The translations under genes were made by a program, and so were the position numbers. A stretch of 64,000 nucleotides of DNA from Octopus vulgaris (lineage: Eukaryota): positions 36,208,001 to 36,272,000 of the forward strand of contig OX597815.1 of assembly GCA_951406725.2 (NCBI GenBank), given 5' to 3'. The notes beneath the pieces were generated by a model, which was not told the DNA's origin, searched no databases, and saw only the letters and a program-made list of their open reading frames with translations. Shown here one piece after another: positions 1 to 12,471 of this stretch. Each line of letters opens with the position of its first letter. Position 1 is the first letter of the stretch.

Positions 1-203
1 TCTTTATGTTTATGTACCAAATAGAAAAACAAAAATCTCCATTTATTGAGACAAAAATTGCCCCAAATGATGCAAAAATCTGTCCCAATCAAGAGGCCTA
101 TCCATCAGGAAGACACAATCTGACCTGGAATAAAAAAATTGAAATAAAGGCATTCTACATTATTTACATCTGACGGATATTTGTGCTCGTCTTGTTTATT
201 GTT

Positions 204-250
204 AACACAACGTTTCGGCTGATATACTCTCCAGTCTTCATCAGGTGTCC
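204..250 (-). ncRNA. Minimal type I hammerhead ribozyme motif
   Basis: ggacac-CTGATGA-A-gactg[gagagtatat]cagcc-GAAA-CGTT^gtgtt: stem I gacac/gtgtt, palindromic stem III ACGT, GUU cleavage triplet; one mismatch in stem II. Confidence 0.7.
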
Positions 251-416
251 TGGGGGAATTTCGAACCTGGGTTCTCATTCCTAAGGCATATGGCATATTG
301 GTTAAGAACGTAGGCTACTAATCCCAAGATTCCAAATTCGATTCCAGTCAGTGACCTGAATAATAACATCAGAAAAATACCTTAGGAATGAGAACCCAGG
401 TTCGAAATTCCCCCCA

Positions 417-463
417 GGACACCTGATGAAGGCTGGAGAGTACATCGGCTGAAACGTGGTGTT
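417..463 (+). ncRNA. Hammerhead ribozyme motif, probably inactive copy
   Basis: ggacac-CTGATGA-A-ggctg...cggct-GAAA-CGTG-gtgtt; the triplet is GUG, which breaks the NUH rule. Confidence 0.55.
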
Positions 464-593
464 AACAACAATCAAGATGAGGACAAATAATATACATAAT
501 TCCTCATCTCTCAAATATAGAAAGGCATTTTATTGCGAAAATTGCCTGGCAATGATAAGCTACTCAAGCTAGTCAACAATAAAACTGACTTAC

Positions 594-742
594 ATCATCC
601 TTTAGGAGTTTGTCAAGTAATCTCTTTGTTTCTTCTTTATTTTCTCTTTTATTAATAGATGACTTATACATCTTGGAGCCACCTCCTCCTCCTCCACCAC
701 CACCACCACCACCACCATCACCAGAGGAATAAGATGGAGCTC
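594..742 (-). CDS. POLR3D: POLR3D coding exon 4 (poly-Gly)
   Basis: TTGCAG|GA GCT CCA...GAT GAT|GTAAGT; encodes APSYSSGD(G)13SKMYK...LLDKLLKDD. Confidence 0.88.
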
Positions 743-960
743 CTGCAAGAATAATAATAATGGAATGAGACAACAGTACTTTTTGGTGCTGGAGGCAATC
801 CCCCATCCCACCCCTCACACACACATGTAGAAATATGCACATACAGATAGAAAGAGAGTGATTACAATTTATTAATTGAACATGATTGACATTAACACTT
901 TACCCTCTCCTTATACAATAAAGAAAAAGATATTTACAAAGAGAGAGAGAGAGGGAGAGA

Positions 961-1016
<56 letters not shown>

Positions 1017-4000
1017 AAGAGATACATTAAAACATCTTTATACTTTATACGCACTTTCTGACAAGTTGTGGTGCACCTGAGCACTGTATACAATAATTTC
1101 ATTATTATTATTATTATTATTATCTCATGTCAAATAAGTCAATGTTGAATCAATTATGCCAAAACACTTGCACTAAAACGTCTCATACCCTAAATAATAA
1201 TGGGTTGATGGTATATGATGTATGTTTATTTCTAAACTGTAGGATGTAACATAAGACACCCAAGAATAGACAGATAAAAAATATACTGAACTGTTGCAAT
1301 ATCAAAATCAAACACATTCAATTTGAGCTGTAACAAAAGATAAAAAAACAAAACAAAAGAAAATAACTTACTATGCCGAGAAAGAAACTCCCCAGAGGGA
1401 CCTTGTTCAAAAATTGAATGTGACTGTACAACATTGTCTCTCCCTCTGTTTCGACCTCTTCCGCGATCTCGTTCATGCCGTGAATGACGATCTAATTTGG
1501 GACTTTGTTGTTTGCTTTCTGATTTCAAATTTGTACTGCTGGCGCTTCTACAGAAGGTACAATGTCAACAATAATTATTGAGTAACCAACTAAATAAGGC
1601 TTTTTTTTTTTAGTTTATGTATCATATGTTAGGCAGGTATGATACATAAAATACTTAGCAGAGTCAACAGAGTGCTATGTAATATTCATACCTACCTTGA
1701 GTGCATTAATAATATAACTAAAACCATGCCCAGCAATTAGAAACCAATATCTTTAACCTATCTTTATTTTGTTGCTTGGCTACTTTAGATACAATATCAG
1801 CAATTTTTTTCTTGTTTTCTTTTCCATTCGGTATAACAAGTATTCCCCAATGAAGTTATACTGATGCTATAATAGTTTTTCAGAAGGTGCATTAGTGTAG
1901 TTTCACAAAACCTTTCACAGACATGAAGCTGAAGATCATTAGAGAAGGTAAATAAGGTTGTGATTTTCATGCTTTCCTAAGAGCATCAGTTATGTAACTG
2001 AAATAGTTTATTTTTCATTTATGCGCCTTTTTCAAGCCTAGCCAGGCTCATGGGCCCGGTTTCCATGGCGTATGTGTTCCCCCCAGCTGGACGGAATGCC
2101 AGTCCATCGCAGCAATAGTTACAACCAAAGAATTAAAATGAGACCACTTACTCAGCATGCTGAGCTCTTAAATTACACTCCATAGCAGTTAGCTAATTAC
2201 ACAGACTAAAATAACTATAGTCAGGTAAAACCAATTATACAGATCAATTTTTGATAAACAGTGATGGTGAATGTAAAGAATAAATCTGTATAAAATGAAG
2301 TAATTTAAGCTTCAGTTATGACTTTATCACCTCACACTGAATTTATCATACCATTAGTAATATATAAACAATTACAAATATGTTTTTTCCAACATCATAT
2401 AAAGATATGAATTAACTACTTTTTACAGTTAGAAGCTGTTTTTACTGCTCATTCCTCAACAGTGAAATGAGACAAGCAGGGTAATCTGTTACTTTATAAT
2501 ATAAAATAAAACAAAATATATGTTCCCAAAGTTTCTGAGAATTTCATTAGGATTAGCACTTAGCCCCAACAATATAATTTGATTCCAGGGTACATACCCA
2601 GGTCTTATACTTAATAATAAAGTGAACTGAAGTATGTAGAACTAAATACACAGTTCAAATGTATGAAGTAGTTATACATTTAATATCTATGAAGCTGGTA
2701 GTTCAATAACTCACCCAATTGATCTGTTCTCCTCTACAAAATGCATTGTTTCTTGCAGATAGACTTTTACCTCTCAGTATTTATAAAATAATCATCTGAG
2801 AAATATACTGGGTGCAGCATATACATTTACCCGTTACTTAAACATAATAAGTCATCCACTTCAGTTGTGAAAAGATTAAGGGCTATGGTAGAAACAAATG
2901 GTGGTCATTTTGAATTGTAGAATTGTAAATATATGTAAAATATTGTTAATAAATATAACAATTGACCCGTAAACTTTCATTAACCAAGCACTAAAACTTT
3001 TTCTTTTATCATAAAATGAATAATGGGTAAAGATATATACTACACTCAGTATTAAAAGAAGACATGGAAACTGCAAAGAAGAAAACTTCTACTTACTCTT
3101 CTTTTGATCTTCGAGAAGGAATATTTGGCATAAAAACTTTCTTAGGGATGCCACCGAGAGTCAAATCACGGGGACCACGAATTGAAGGCAACCTGTCAGT
3201 GTAAATAAACAGCAGAGGGATAACAATATTTGATTTCAAAGCATAACACCACAGGATGTGCATATGAATAACTAATTGTTCAGAAAACAAAGGGAAGGAA
3301 AGAGAGATGATGATAAAGAATTTTTTTTTTAAAAAGAAAGACAATTAGAGATTATATATAGTAATAAATGAATTACTGATAGAATCACAGTATTTTTGTG
3401 CACTTTGTACAATTAACAAACAAGTCCTCCAGTCACATCTCACATAATTTTCTGGTTTTACCTTGAATATATTCACCAGTGCTAAGAAAAAAACGTTTCT
3501 ACAACAACTAAGCCATATAATAAAAACTGAATCAGTGATACCAAAACTTTGTTCATAGCCACATCTTCATCACCATCGTTTAACGTCGCTTTCTATGCTA
3601 GCATGGGTTGGACGATTTGACTGAGGTCTGGCAAACCAGATGGCTGCACCAGGCTCCAATCTGATCTAGCAGAGTTTCTACAGCTGGATGCCCTTCCTGA
3701 TTTATCAACTCATCTCCTAGTTTATGTTTTTAAAATATATTATTGAGAATAAAGGTTTGCACAACACTATTTGGTATGATGATTATATTTTAATTAAAAA
3801 CAATGATAATATATTTCTATAATATATAAAATAATGAATGCTTAGTTTGATTGATTTAACATTTATAAAAATGCTTTAGTAGATTAGTCTGAGTAATTCA
3901 ATAAAATTGATGAACTTAATTTTGTGATATCTGCTTTAAAAAAGTTCCTTTTGTTTTAATTCATTAGAAAGTTACTTTACAGTTTAGTTGTTTTGTAGCC

Positions 4001-6797
4001 TTCTGTGAAAAACATGCCTGGCCAGTGAAATATATTATCTTTCTTGGAAATAGATTAGGTTTGGTGAAAGGAAGGACATCTGGCAGTAGAAAATCTGCCC
4101 CAGTAAAATCCACCTGACCCATGCAAACATGGAAGAGGGTATTTGTTCAGATCAAGCAGTCTATGCTGGGGCAGAGAAAAATTTTTCTCCATGGTAAATT
4201 CTAGTGAAATTGCCTTTAGAAGTCAAAATATGTCATAAACACATTTGAACTAACCTAAAGTTTGTTATTTCTCATCACTGCTTCATGCTACTATTATATA
4301 TATATATATATATCCCTGTCAACAGTATCATCACTATCCTAAGCATACCTAAACACTGCATATCTCTCCCCCATACACTGTTGCAAACCTCCACTCACTC
4401 CTGCTCCCTGAGATGCCACCTGGACACCCCATCACCAGCATCTATCTCCTTGGAGATACCTCTTATTCATTCTCTCTCCTAAATGCAAGTACCCATGTAG
4501 CACCTCTATAAGAACCTGCTATACTCAGCTTCTTCCCTCATACCTCAACCTCCATTTAACATATGGATGCAGCATCCTCCCTTCCAGGGTTTATTGATTT
4601 GCAAGCTACATGGTTACCTCAGTGGCATGAAAAAAGCATCCAGTACACACTGTAAAGTGGTTGGTGTTAGGAAGGTCACCCAGCTGTAGAAACCATCGCA
4701 AAGTAGACACTGGAACACAATGCAGTCATTTGGCTCATCATATCCTTCTCAAACTGTTCAACCCATGCCAGCATGGAACATGGATGTTAAATGATTATGA
4801 TGATATTACATATATACAGAAAGGTGCAGCTGTGGCTGCATGGGTAAGAAGCTTTCTTCCCAAGCACAGTCCCACTACATGATGCCTAGGGAAAGTGTCT
4901 TCTACTATAGCTCTAGGCCAACCAAAACCTTGTGAGTGGATCTAATAGCCCGAAACTGAAAGAAGCCCATTGTATGTGTGAGTGTATGTGTTTGTCCCCT
5001 GACCTACTTTACAACTGGTGTTGGTGTAGTTACGTCCCAGTAACATAGCAGTTCAGCAAAAGAGGCCAATTAACTAAGTACCAGGCTTGAGAAAAAAGAA
5101 AAAAAAATACTGGGATCAATTTGTTTGACCAAATCCTTGAAGGCACTGCCCCAGCATGGATGCAATCTGATGACTGAAACAAGTAAAAGAATATAAGAAT
5201 ACATGGCAGGTTTCTGCACAGTTGCTCTCAGCCAAACTCTACTCACAGAGTACTGGTCAACCTGAGGCTATGATAGAAGACACATTCAAAGAGTGTAGTG
5301 CTGTGGGATAAAATTTGGGATCATAAACTTCTTAACCACACAACCATGAATGCTAATTTCCTTGATTATTATTTTCTGTTACGAATAGAAAGTAGATTAT
5401 ACTAACCTATGTTTTAGTATCAATACAGTTAAAATGTTTAACCACCATAGGTTGTGGACATTATTCCCTGTTATTGGAAATGCAAGCACATAGTGTCTGT
5501 ATATATAGTGAATATAACAGTACTGGTGCATTTCACATGATAGACATATACATACAAAAAAAAAACAAACATTCAAGCGAGGTCGTTGCCAGTGCCGCTG
5601 GACTGGCTCCTGTGCAGGTGGCACATAAAAAAGCACCATTTGAGCGTGGCCATTGCTATTAACACCAAACTGGCCCTCGTGCCGGTGGCACGTAAAAGCA
5701 CCCACTACACTCTCGGAGTGGTTGGCGTTAGGAAGGGCATCCAGCTGTAGAAACCCTGCCAGATCAGATTGGAGTCTGGTTCGCCAGACCCCAGTCAAAT
5801 CGCCCAACCCATGCTAGCATGGAAAGCGAACATTAAACGATGATGATGATAATTCTGTTTAAGTTCATTTAAACTTTGAATAACAAAGAAGACTTGTTAT
5901 TAAACATGATAGCACTCCATCACTACTATCGTTATCTTCTCCTTGACTACAAATACTCATCCTTATATAATATGGAGTAGTTATGTGTCTCCTCTACAGC
6001 AAGACACCTGCTTCTGTCCCTCTATCATACTTTAACCTCTCAGCACCTGATATAAAACCACCACTTCTAACTAACATCACATCCAAAAAGTGGGGTGTTT
6101 TTTCCATTTTTATTTTCTATTCTGTAACTTACCTCACTAGTACCAGTGATACAAATAAAGCACCCAACACACACTGCAAGTTGGTTGGCATTAGGAAGGG
6201 TATCCAGCCATAGAAACCATGGCATAGCTGACACTGAAGCTTGGTACAGCCCTGCAGCTTCCCAGATTCAACCAAACCGTCCAATGCATGCCAGAACGAA
6301 AAACAGACATTAAATGATGGTGATGATGATAATCTCTATTAATAAAAGCAAAATTCTGTCTGTCTGGGACCCCTGTATCTGTTTACATTTACTCTACATA
6401 GACATATTATATCTTTTTAGAATTGGGATGATCCCAGGATTGAAAACCTGCCCTTCATTTGGTTCTTGGATATCCAGCATTGGGATCTGATTTAAAGCAT
6501 TTGGGTTGCTATTTCTAGAAGGTAAAGCGACCGTGATAGGTACAAGAGTTACCTCCCTTAGCGTTAATTTTTACTAAGGAATTTAGTGGTTCTTTCATCT
6601 TCTTCAGTCATCAAACCGCGGCCAAGCTGGGGCACCGCTTTGAAGAATTGTAAACAAACAAATTGATACCAGTTCTTTCTTTCTTTATGCCTGGTACTTT
6701 TTTTATTGCCTCTTTTACCGGACCGCTAAGTTACGTGAACGTAAACACAGCAACACTAGTTATCAAGCGGTGGTGGGGGGTCAGACACAAAGTTACA

Positions 6798-6828
<31 letters not shown>

Positions 6829-7032
6829 CATATATATAAGATCCACGGAATGTGGCTTTTAAGCTAGTGATTAATAAAGTTGAAATATTAATAGAAGATA
6901 CTACTGTTAACGACTAATTATTAAAATTTAAACTAAATAACCATTGCCTCACCTTGTGTTTCGACCAGCAGGTGTCCCTTTACGATCTATTAAACCTCTA
7001 GGGAGGTCAGTGGGTTTTGATGGCACCGACAT
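594..7032 (-). CDS. POLR3D: RNA polymerase III subunit RPC4, 5' part of spliced gene (coding exons 6953-7032, 3097-3192, 1372-1547, 594-742; continues beyond the left edge)
   Basis: Spliced translation MSVPSKPTDLPRGLIDRKGTPAGRNTR-LPSIRGPRDLTLGGIPKKVFMPNIPSRRSKEE...RGRGRNRGRDNVVQSHSIFEQGP...LLDKLLKDD matches RPC4 N-terminal motifs (RLPSIRxxDLTLGG, QSHSIFEQGP). All junctions are GT-AG with consistent phase. Confidence 0.93.
940..1012 (+). repeat. (GA)n microsatellite
   Basis: Direct reading. Confidence 0.97.
1030..1122 (+). mobile_element. CR1/L2-type LINE 3' end with (ATT)n tail
   Basis: actttctgacaagttgtggtgcacctgagcactgtatacaataatttcattattatt; same end seen at 15383-15690(-), 17700-17840 and 61545-61693. 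Confidence 0.75.
1372..1547 (-). CDS. POLR3D: POLR3D coding exon 3
   Basis: TGTAG|A AGC GCC...CAT A|GTAAGT; contains RGRG and QSHSIFEQGP. Confidence 0.92.
2022..2113 (-). mobile_element. SINE fragment with V-domain-like core
   Basis: Minus strand reads gctgcgatggactggcattccgtccag, similar to the V-SINE central domain. Confidence 0.5.
3097..3192 (-). CDS. POLR3D: POLR3D coding exon 2
   Basis: ACAG|G TTG CCT TCA...GAA GA|GTAAGT; encodes LPSIRGPRDLTLGGIPKKVFMPNIPSRRSKE. Confidence 0.93.
3566..3700 (-). mobile_element. SINE/RTE-related repeat with (GAT)n tail (family C), partial
   Basis: aggaagggcatccagctgtagaaac...aacccatgctagcat...gttaaacgatg shared with many copies in the window. Confidence 0.8.
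4822..5198 (+). mobile_element. tRNA-derived SINE (family A), diverged
   Basis: Colinear with the copy at 17042-17440. Confidence 0.75.
5571..5850 (+). mobile_element. SINE family C
   Basis: tggcacgtaaaagcacc internal repeats, conserved 3' end, (GAT)n tail. Confidence 0.85.
6597..6812 (-). mobile_element. SINE family A, 3' half
   Basis: ccgctaagttacg...aaacac...caagcggtggtggggg matches the family A body. Confidence 0.65.
6953..7032 (-). CDS. POLR3D: POLR3D first coding exon (ATG at 7032; exon probably starts at 7069 after an AG acceptor)
   Basis: ATG TCG GTG CCA...AAC ACA AG|GTGAGG donor, phase 2; polypyrimidine tract plus CAG ending at 7070-7071. Confidence 0.85.
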
Positions 7033-7268
7033 TCTTTGGTGAAATAAAGTTTCTGATGATAAAAGAAATCTGAAAAGAAGAAAGATTATAATTACTACCA
7101 CTAAGAGAAGAAATATTGATTTTACCATTTTATTTTTTGTATGTGCATGTGTGTACACACACATATTCATATACATACATATTCTTTCGCTTGTTTCGAT
7201 CAATGAACTGCAGGTATACTGCGGCACCGTCGTCATCACCAAAACTGACATAAAACTTGCACTCTTAC

Positions 7269-7560
7269 AGTGTTTAAATAGAACAAAAAGCGGACTTTCG
7301 GAATAACAATCACAACCTCATGTAAAAGGAAAAGGGCAAGGAATTAAGGAGAGAGAGTGAGTGTGTGTGTGAATGTATTTTCCAGTATTTGTATTTCGTA
7401 CAACGGAATTTTTTCTCCTAGAATTTCAATTGTTTATATTTTGCACTCCTAATTCCGTGCAAAATTCCTTCTCCATAAGGAACTGAAAAATATTCCGAAA
7501 CTCCACCGAACAAACAACTGATTATTAGAAGATCGTGGATTAAAAGCTAATAATTTTTGT
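7269..7560 (-). promoter_or_regulatory. Probable POLR3D non-coding first exon and proximal promoter
   Basis: GTAAGA donor at 7268 just upstream of the acceptor at 7070; locally CpG-richer with CGGAA motifs; TSS cannot be placed. Confidence 0.35.
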
Positions 7561-8171
7561 TGCATGTGTAATGATATGAACTAAAGGAAAGGAATAAAAG
7601 AAACTGACATAAACAAATATGTTTCATTTATTTGTATTGAAAAAATGAACGTGAATGACTTGTTATGAGTGAAACAAGAGCACAGCAACACTTAATAATA
7701 AAGAAGCTATTCTTTGAAGTTTCACACAATCATCTGACAATTTATAACCTCTTAATAACAAATGTAAAACTGCTAAACTTAATACTTACTTGCAAAATAT
7801 TTTTATTTCTTACTGGAAAGAAGTTACAGTACGTTTTATCTCTATGACAAAGCGGTGCATAAATTAGAATTTTCAGTATATGAAGGCTAGTTAGTTTTGA
7901 TGCAACTTCAAAGTTACTGGTTGTTAAAAACATTCATGGTCAATAGTAGTTTATAAATATGCTAACTTGTAACTAGAACAGTTGTTTCGTCACATCGAAT
8001 TACGCAATGTAAACCATACAAGCTAAGGGAGATAACTACATTAGCTTTTGGCTTAAAGAAAAACAGTCACCCAATAAAATTTATCCGGCTTTCTCATTTA
8101 ATACATTCTGTATTCAGTATGTTTTCTGCTAGATCGGCTATGATTACTTATAAAATATTGGGATATAAATG

Positions 8172-9472
8172 TAACAAAATTATTTCAACTGAGTATCGAG
8201 AATAGATGAAAAATTGATATATTTGAAGCTTTGTTAACAATGACGGCAAGTATTAAAACAATGGAAATATGGTATCAACGTGCGGAATTCTCAACATTGT
8301 TTGGATTTGATGTTGATAGATATATTGAAAAAAGACTTGAATAAGATGATAATGTATGTAATAACAAATTGAATAGATCCCAACACTGTTTATAGTCTGA
8401 GAATACCATAAACTTGTATAATATTATATATCATCATCATCATTTAACGTCCGCTTTCCATACTGGCATGGGTTAGACGGTTTGACTGGAACTGATAAGC
8501 TGGAGAGTTGCACTAGGTTCCTGTCTGATTTGAAACGGTTTCTATGGCTGGGTGCCCTTCCTAACGCCAACCACTCCATGAGTGTAATGAGTGTGGAGCG
8601 GGTTGTGTAACGGAATGTGTTGTTGATGGTTCAATGTACGTTGTTGGGTGTAGTAGATGAAGATAGGCGTGTTGGACGACATCAGAGGAAAACAATGAGG
8701 AAAGCTTCGGAATGTAGTTTAAACAATTTATTTGATCAACAGTTGCATCTATGTGTTGAATACACAAAGCTTGACTTACAATATCAAAGAAAGCCGCTAC
8801 ATTAAGTTAACAAAATTATTTCAGCTGAGTATCGAGAAAAGATGAAAAATTGATATATTTGAAGCTTTGTTTACAATGACAGCAAGTATTAAAACAATGG
8901 GAATATAGTATCAACGTGCGGAATTTTCAACATTGTTTGGATTTTTCCTGTGATAGTTTCGCTGATGTTGATAAATATATTAAAAAAAAGACTTGAATAA
9001 GATGATAATGTATGTTATAACAAATTGAATAGATCCCAACACTGTTTATAGTCTGAGTATGGTTTCAGAATACCATAAACTTGTATATTATATATAATCG
9101 TCATCATTTAACGTCCGCTTTCCAAACTGGCATGGGTTAGACGGTTTGACTGGAACTGATTAGCTGGAGAGATGCACTAGGTTCCTGTCTGATTTGAAAC
9201 GGTTTCTATGGCTGGATGCCCTTCCTAACGCCAACCACTCCATGAGTGTAATGAGTGTGGGGCTGGTTGTGTAACGAAATGTGTTGTTGATGGTTCAATG
9301 TACGTCGTTGGGTGTAGTAGATGAAGATAGACGTGTTGGACGACGTGAAAGGAAAACAATGAGGAAAGCTTCGGAATGTAGATTAAACAATTTATTTGAT
9401 CAACAGTTGCATCTACGTGTTGGATACACAAAGCTTGACTTACAATATCAAAGAAGGCCGCTACATGAAGTT
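8172..9472 (+). repeat. Tandem direct duplication of about 640-665 bp (8172-8807 / 8808-9472)
   Basis: Both units start taacaaaattatttca(a/g)ctgagtatcgag and end gctacat(t/g)aagt; both include the same SINE fragment; duplicated spurious ORFs in the track. Confidence 0.95.
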
Positions 9473-9514
9473 ATCAACTGTGTAGCGTACGCTTGAGGGA
9501 AATTCCTCTCTCTC

Positions 9515-10467
9515 TGTTATATATACATAAATACGGACGTAGTAGATAACAGCTAGCCTTCGGCCACTCTTTAAGACCCCGTTTGTGTCCACTACTCTGA
9601 TTGGTTGGTATTGGTGCAACTTGTCTCTTGCTCTATTGTGCACCAATATGCAACCCAACCAATCGCAGCCTTCTGATAGGGTCATGTCAGACAGTCTCTT
9701 CTAAAACTCCGGTGAGCCGACTGCACCCTATAAAACTCTAGCTTCACATTGAGTCGAGGTCTTTCAGTTCCAGACCTTTTAAGGTTTAGCCACTGACCAC
9801 ACAGGAAACAGCCAGTTCCAGTGACAACACAACAGCAGCCACGTGGAGACTCATCAACTTCGTCCAGCAGCATTCAGTGACCTCCATCTCTGTTGCCACC
9901 ATTCATCCTAACATCAACATCATCTCTCTACGTACACAGCAACAAGCAATGTTCACACAGGTTCCAGCATTACACTCTTTGTGAATCACTTCACCATGGT
10001 TAACAGCAATATACAACCTGCGATGACTCCTATACCAAGTAACCCAGGCAGCAGTATTACAGCCACAACTTCGTACGACGCATACTGCTCCAGCTCTGCG
10101 TCATCATTGCAACTTCTTTATACAGCATTTCAACTATCGTGTACATTGACTATGGTCTGGTATTTATCATCCTTGTGTCTGAACAGTTTTCTAACGTCCT
10201 ATTATAGACTCTTTCAATGCTCTGTACTTATCACACACGCATACATCCATGTTTGTACACATACACTTTGTTCTCATGATGGCCTGTCTATTATTATTCA
10301 TATATGATGCACACACATGTTAACATATAAATAAAATCTTCTCTTAAACATTCTACCCAGTTTTGCCTCTCTTTTCCTTCTGGCATTTATACGCATTTAT
10401 TCTTTTCATATTTATTGTATCGACCACGTGTTGTGCAAAAGAGCCATTCTCATCACCTCACTTCACA
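9515..10467 (+). mobile_element. LTR-like element (TG...CA) followed by a PBS-like TGG
   Basis: Starts TGTTAT and ends CTTCACA|TGGT; CCAAT-containing hairpin at about 9598-9664, TATAAAA at about 9728, AATAAA at about 10329. Confidence 0.45.
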
Positions 10468-11263
10468 TGGTCATTTACGACTGATTCGAATTGGCGAAGT
10501 AAAAACAAACAAACAAGAGAAGTAGAATGTGTATTCGATAAGATAATACAAGGCATATTTTATGTCTGTGTGTGCGTTGGCCATTTGGTCATTTGGTCAA
10601 GTGGTGTTATTTTTCAGTCCTGTCTGTTAGTGTTCTGCAACTGCTTCTGTGTTGTGTCGCCAGTCACTGCTTGCTCATGGCCTGCCATCTAACTCTCTTG
10701 ACTGTTTGCCTGTTGCTAGTTGTCTGGCTATCTGTCGTGTGTCTAAGGAAACTGTATTCATTGTAGCTAGAAGAACAGATATACTATAGGAGTAGTTTGT
10801 ACTTATCTAGGTGACACAGCTCAGGATGGAGGTCGAATGGAAATCCATCTATCACCTGTCAAAAAGTGATAGATCAAGCAAGTGAGAATCCTTACATTCA
10901 GTTTCAAATCTCAGCTCAGAAAATGAAATGTTAGTTTTTACAAGTGCTTTTTATGTGCCACTGAGGTGGGTGCAATTTACATGTTACTAGCAACAGTCAC
11001 GACTACGATTTCACAGGTGTCATTAACATGACACTGGCAATGGCCATACTCCCACCTAACCCCTATTTTTCTTTCTCACTGCCTCCCTCTTAAGCTTTAT
11101 TTCTTTCCATTCTTTTTCTCTATGTCTTTATCTCTTGCCATCTATTTAAAAAAATAATTTAGTGTAGCTTTGTCTGTTGTAGATTTATTACCATTACCTA
11201 AATGTTGTCTGACTGTATTTTGGTATAGATTAACTCTCTAACCTGTTGCCAAAATGGGCAACA

Positions 11264-11614
11264 AGTTCAGGGTTCAGTCCCACTGCGTGGCATCTTGGGC
11301 AAGTGTCTTCTGCTATAGCCCCAGGCCGACCAATGCCTTGTGAGTTGATTTGGTAGACGGAAACTGAAAGAAGCCTGTCGTATATATGTATGTGTGTGTA
11401 TGTGTTTGTGTGTCTGTGTTTGTCCCCCTAGCATTGCTTGACAACCGATGCTGGTGTGTTTATGTCCCTGTAACTTAGCGGTTCGGCAAAAGAGACTGAT
11501 AGAGTAAGTACTAGGCTTACAAAGAATAAGTCTTGGGGTCGATTTCCTCGACTAAAGGCAGTGCTCCAGCATGGCCGCAGTCAAATGACTGAAATAAGTA
11601 AAAGAGAAAGAGAG
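11264..11614 (+). mobile_element. 5'-truncated SINE family A flanked by 71-bp direct repeats
   Basis: Colinear with other family A copies; flanks at 11193-11263 and 11615-11685. Confidence 0.9.
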
Positions 11615-12471
11615 ATTACCCAAATGTTGTCTGACTGTATTTTGGTATAGATTCACTCTCTAACCTGTTGCCAAAATGGGCAACACATTAGAGAGTGAAT
11701 CTATACCAAAATACAACCAACATACAGGTTCAACATACATTCCATAGCTTGGCATTTTTTCTGAATCATATTTTAAATTTTGCATTTCAAACTTTTAGTT
11801 CATCTGAAGAAAATGTCTTTTTTTTTAATGATGTAATCGGTTTATTCATCAATAAATATGTGTCTGAAATAGTTATAGGGAACCTCAACCCATTTGTGCT
11901 CTTTCTCTATGTAAACGCCACATTGGGAACCTTCTCTATGCTGGATTCAAACTCACAACGGATCATAAAACTGCATGCTGGTATGCATGTGTATATAATT
12001 TCATATATACATGTATATTTATATTGATGTGCATATTGATATGTTCATGTTCATGTATGTGTTTGGATATATATGCATTGATATATGCTTGAGTGCCCGT
12101 ATACTGTATATACACAAATACGCTGACCTTGACTCTAACTTGGTGTCCTTAATAGCAAAATATTTTGATTCAGATGAATCATACAAATAATTAATATTAT
12201 GTGTGTGCGTGTGTGTTTGGTTATATGCATGCTTGTATGTACACTTGCATTTCCACAAGCAAGTGTATGTGTACCAGACAATGTATGTGTAGGCGTTTGT
12301 ACATCCATATCTACTAATTGTTATATTTAATACGTTTTTTGCTGTATTGTGTATTTCTTTCTTTTTGTATCTGATATTTGTTATTGATCTTCTATAAAAA
12401 TGAAGCCGTATACCTGAAAGACAAAGAAGAAATCTTGTGAAACAGTTTATTTTAATGAGATACCTATTGCA

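Larger units (their letters stand above)
172..515. mobile_element. Penelope-type inverted-repeat element (arms about 178-286 and 380-489) in a POLR3D intron
   Basis: Arms are reverse complements (e.g. tcctgggggaatttcgaacctgggttctcattcctaagg / ccttaggaatgagaacccaggttcgaaattcccccagga); each arm carries a CTGATGA...GAAAC motif. Confidence 0.75.
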
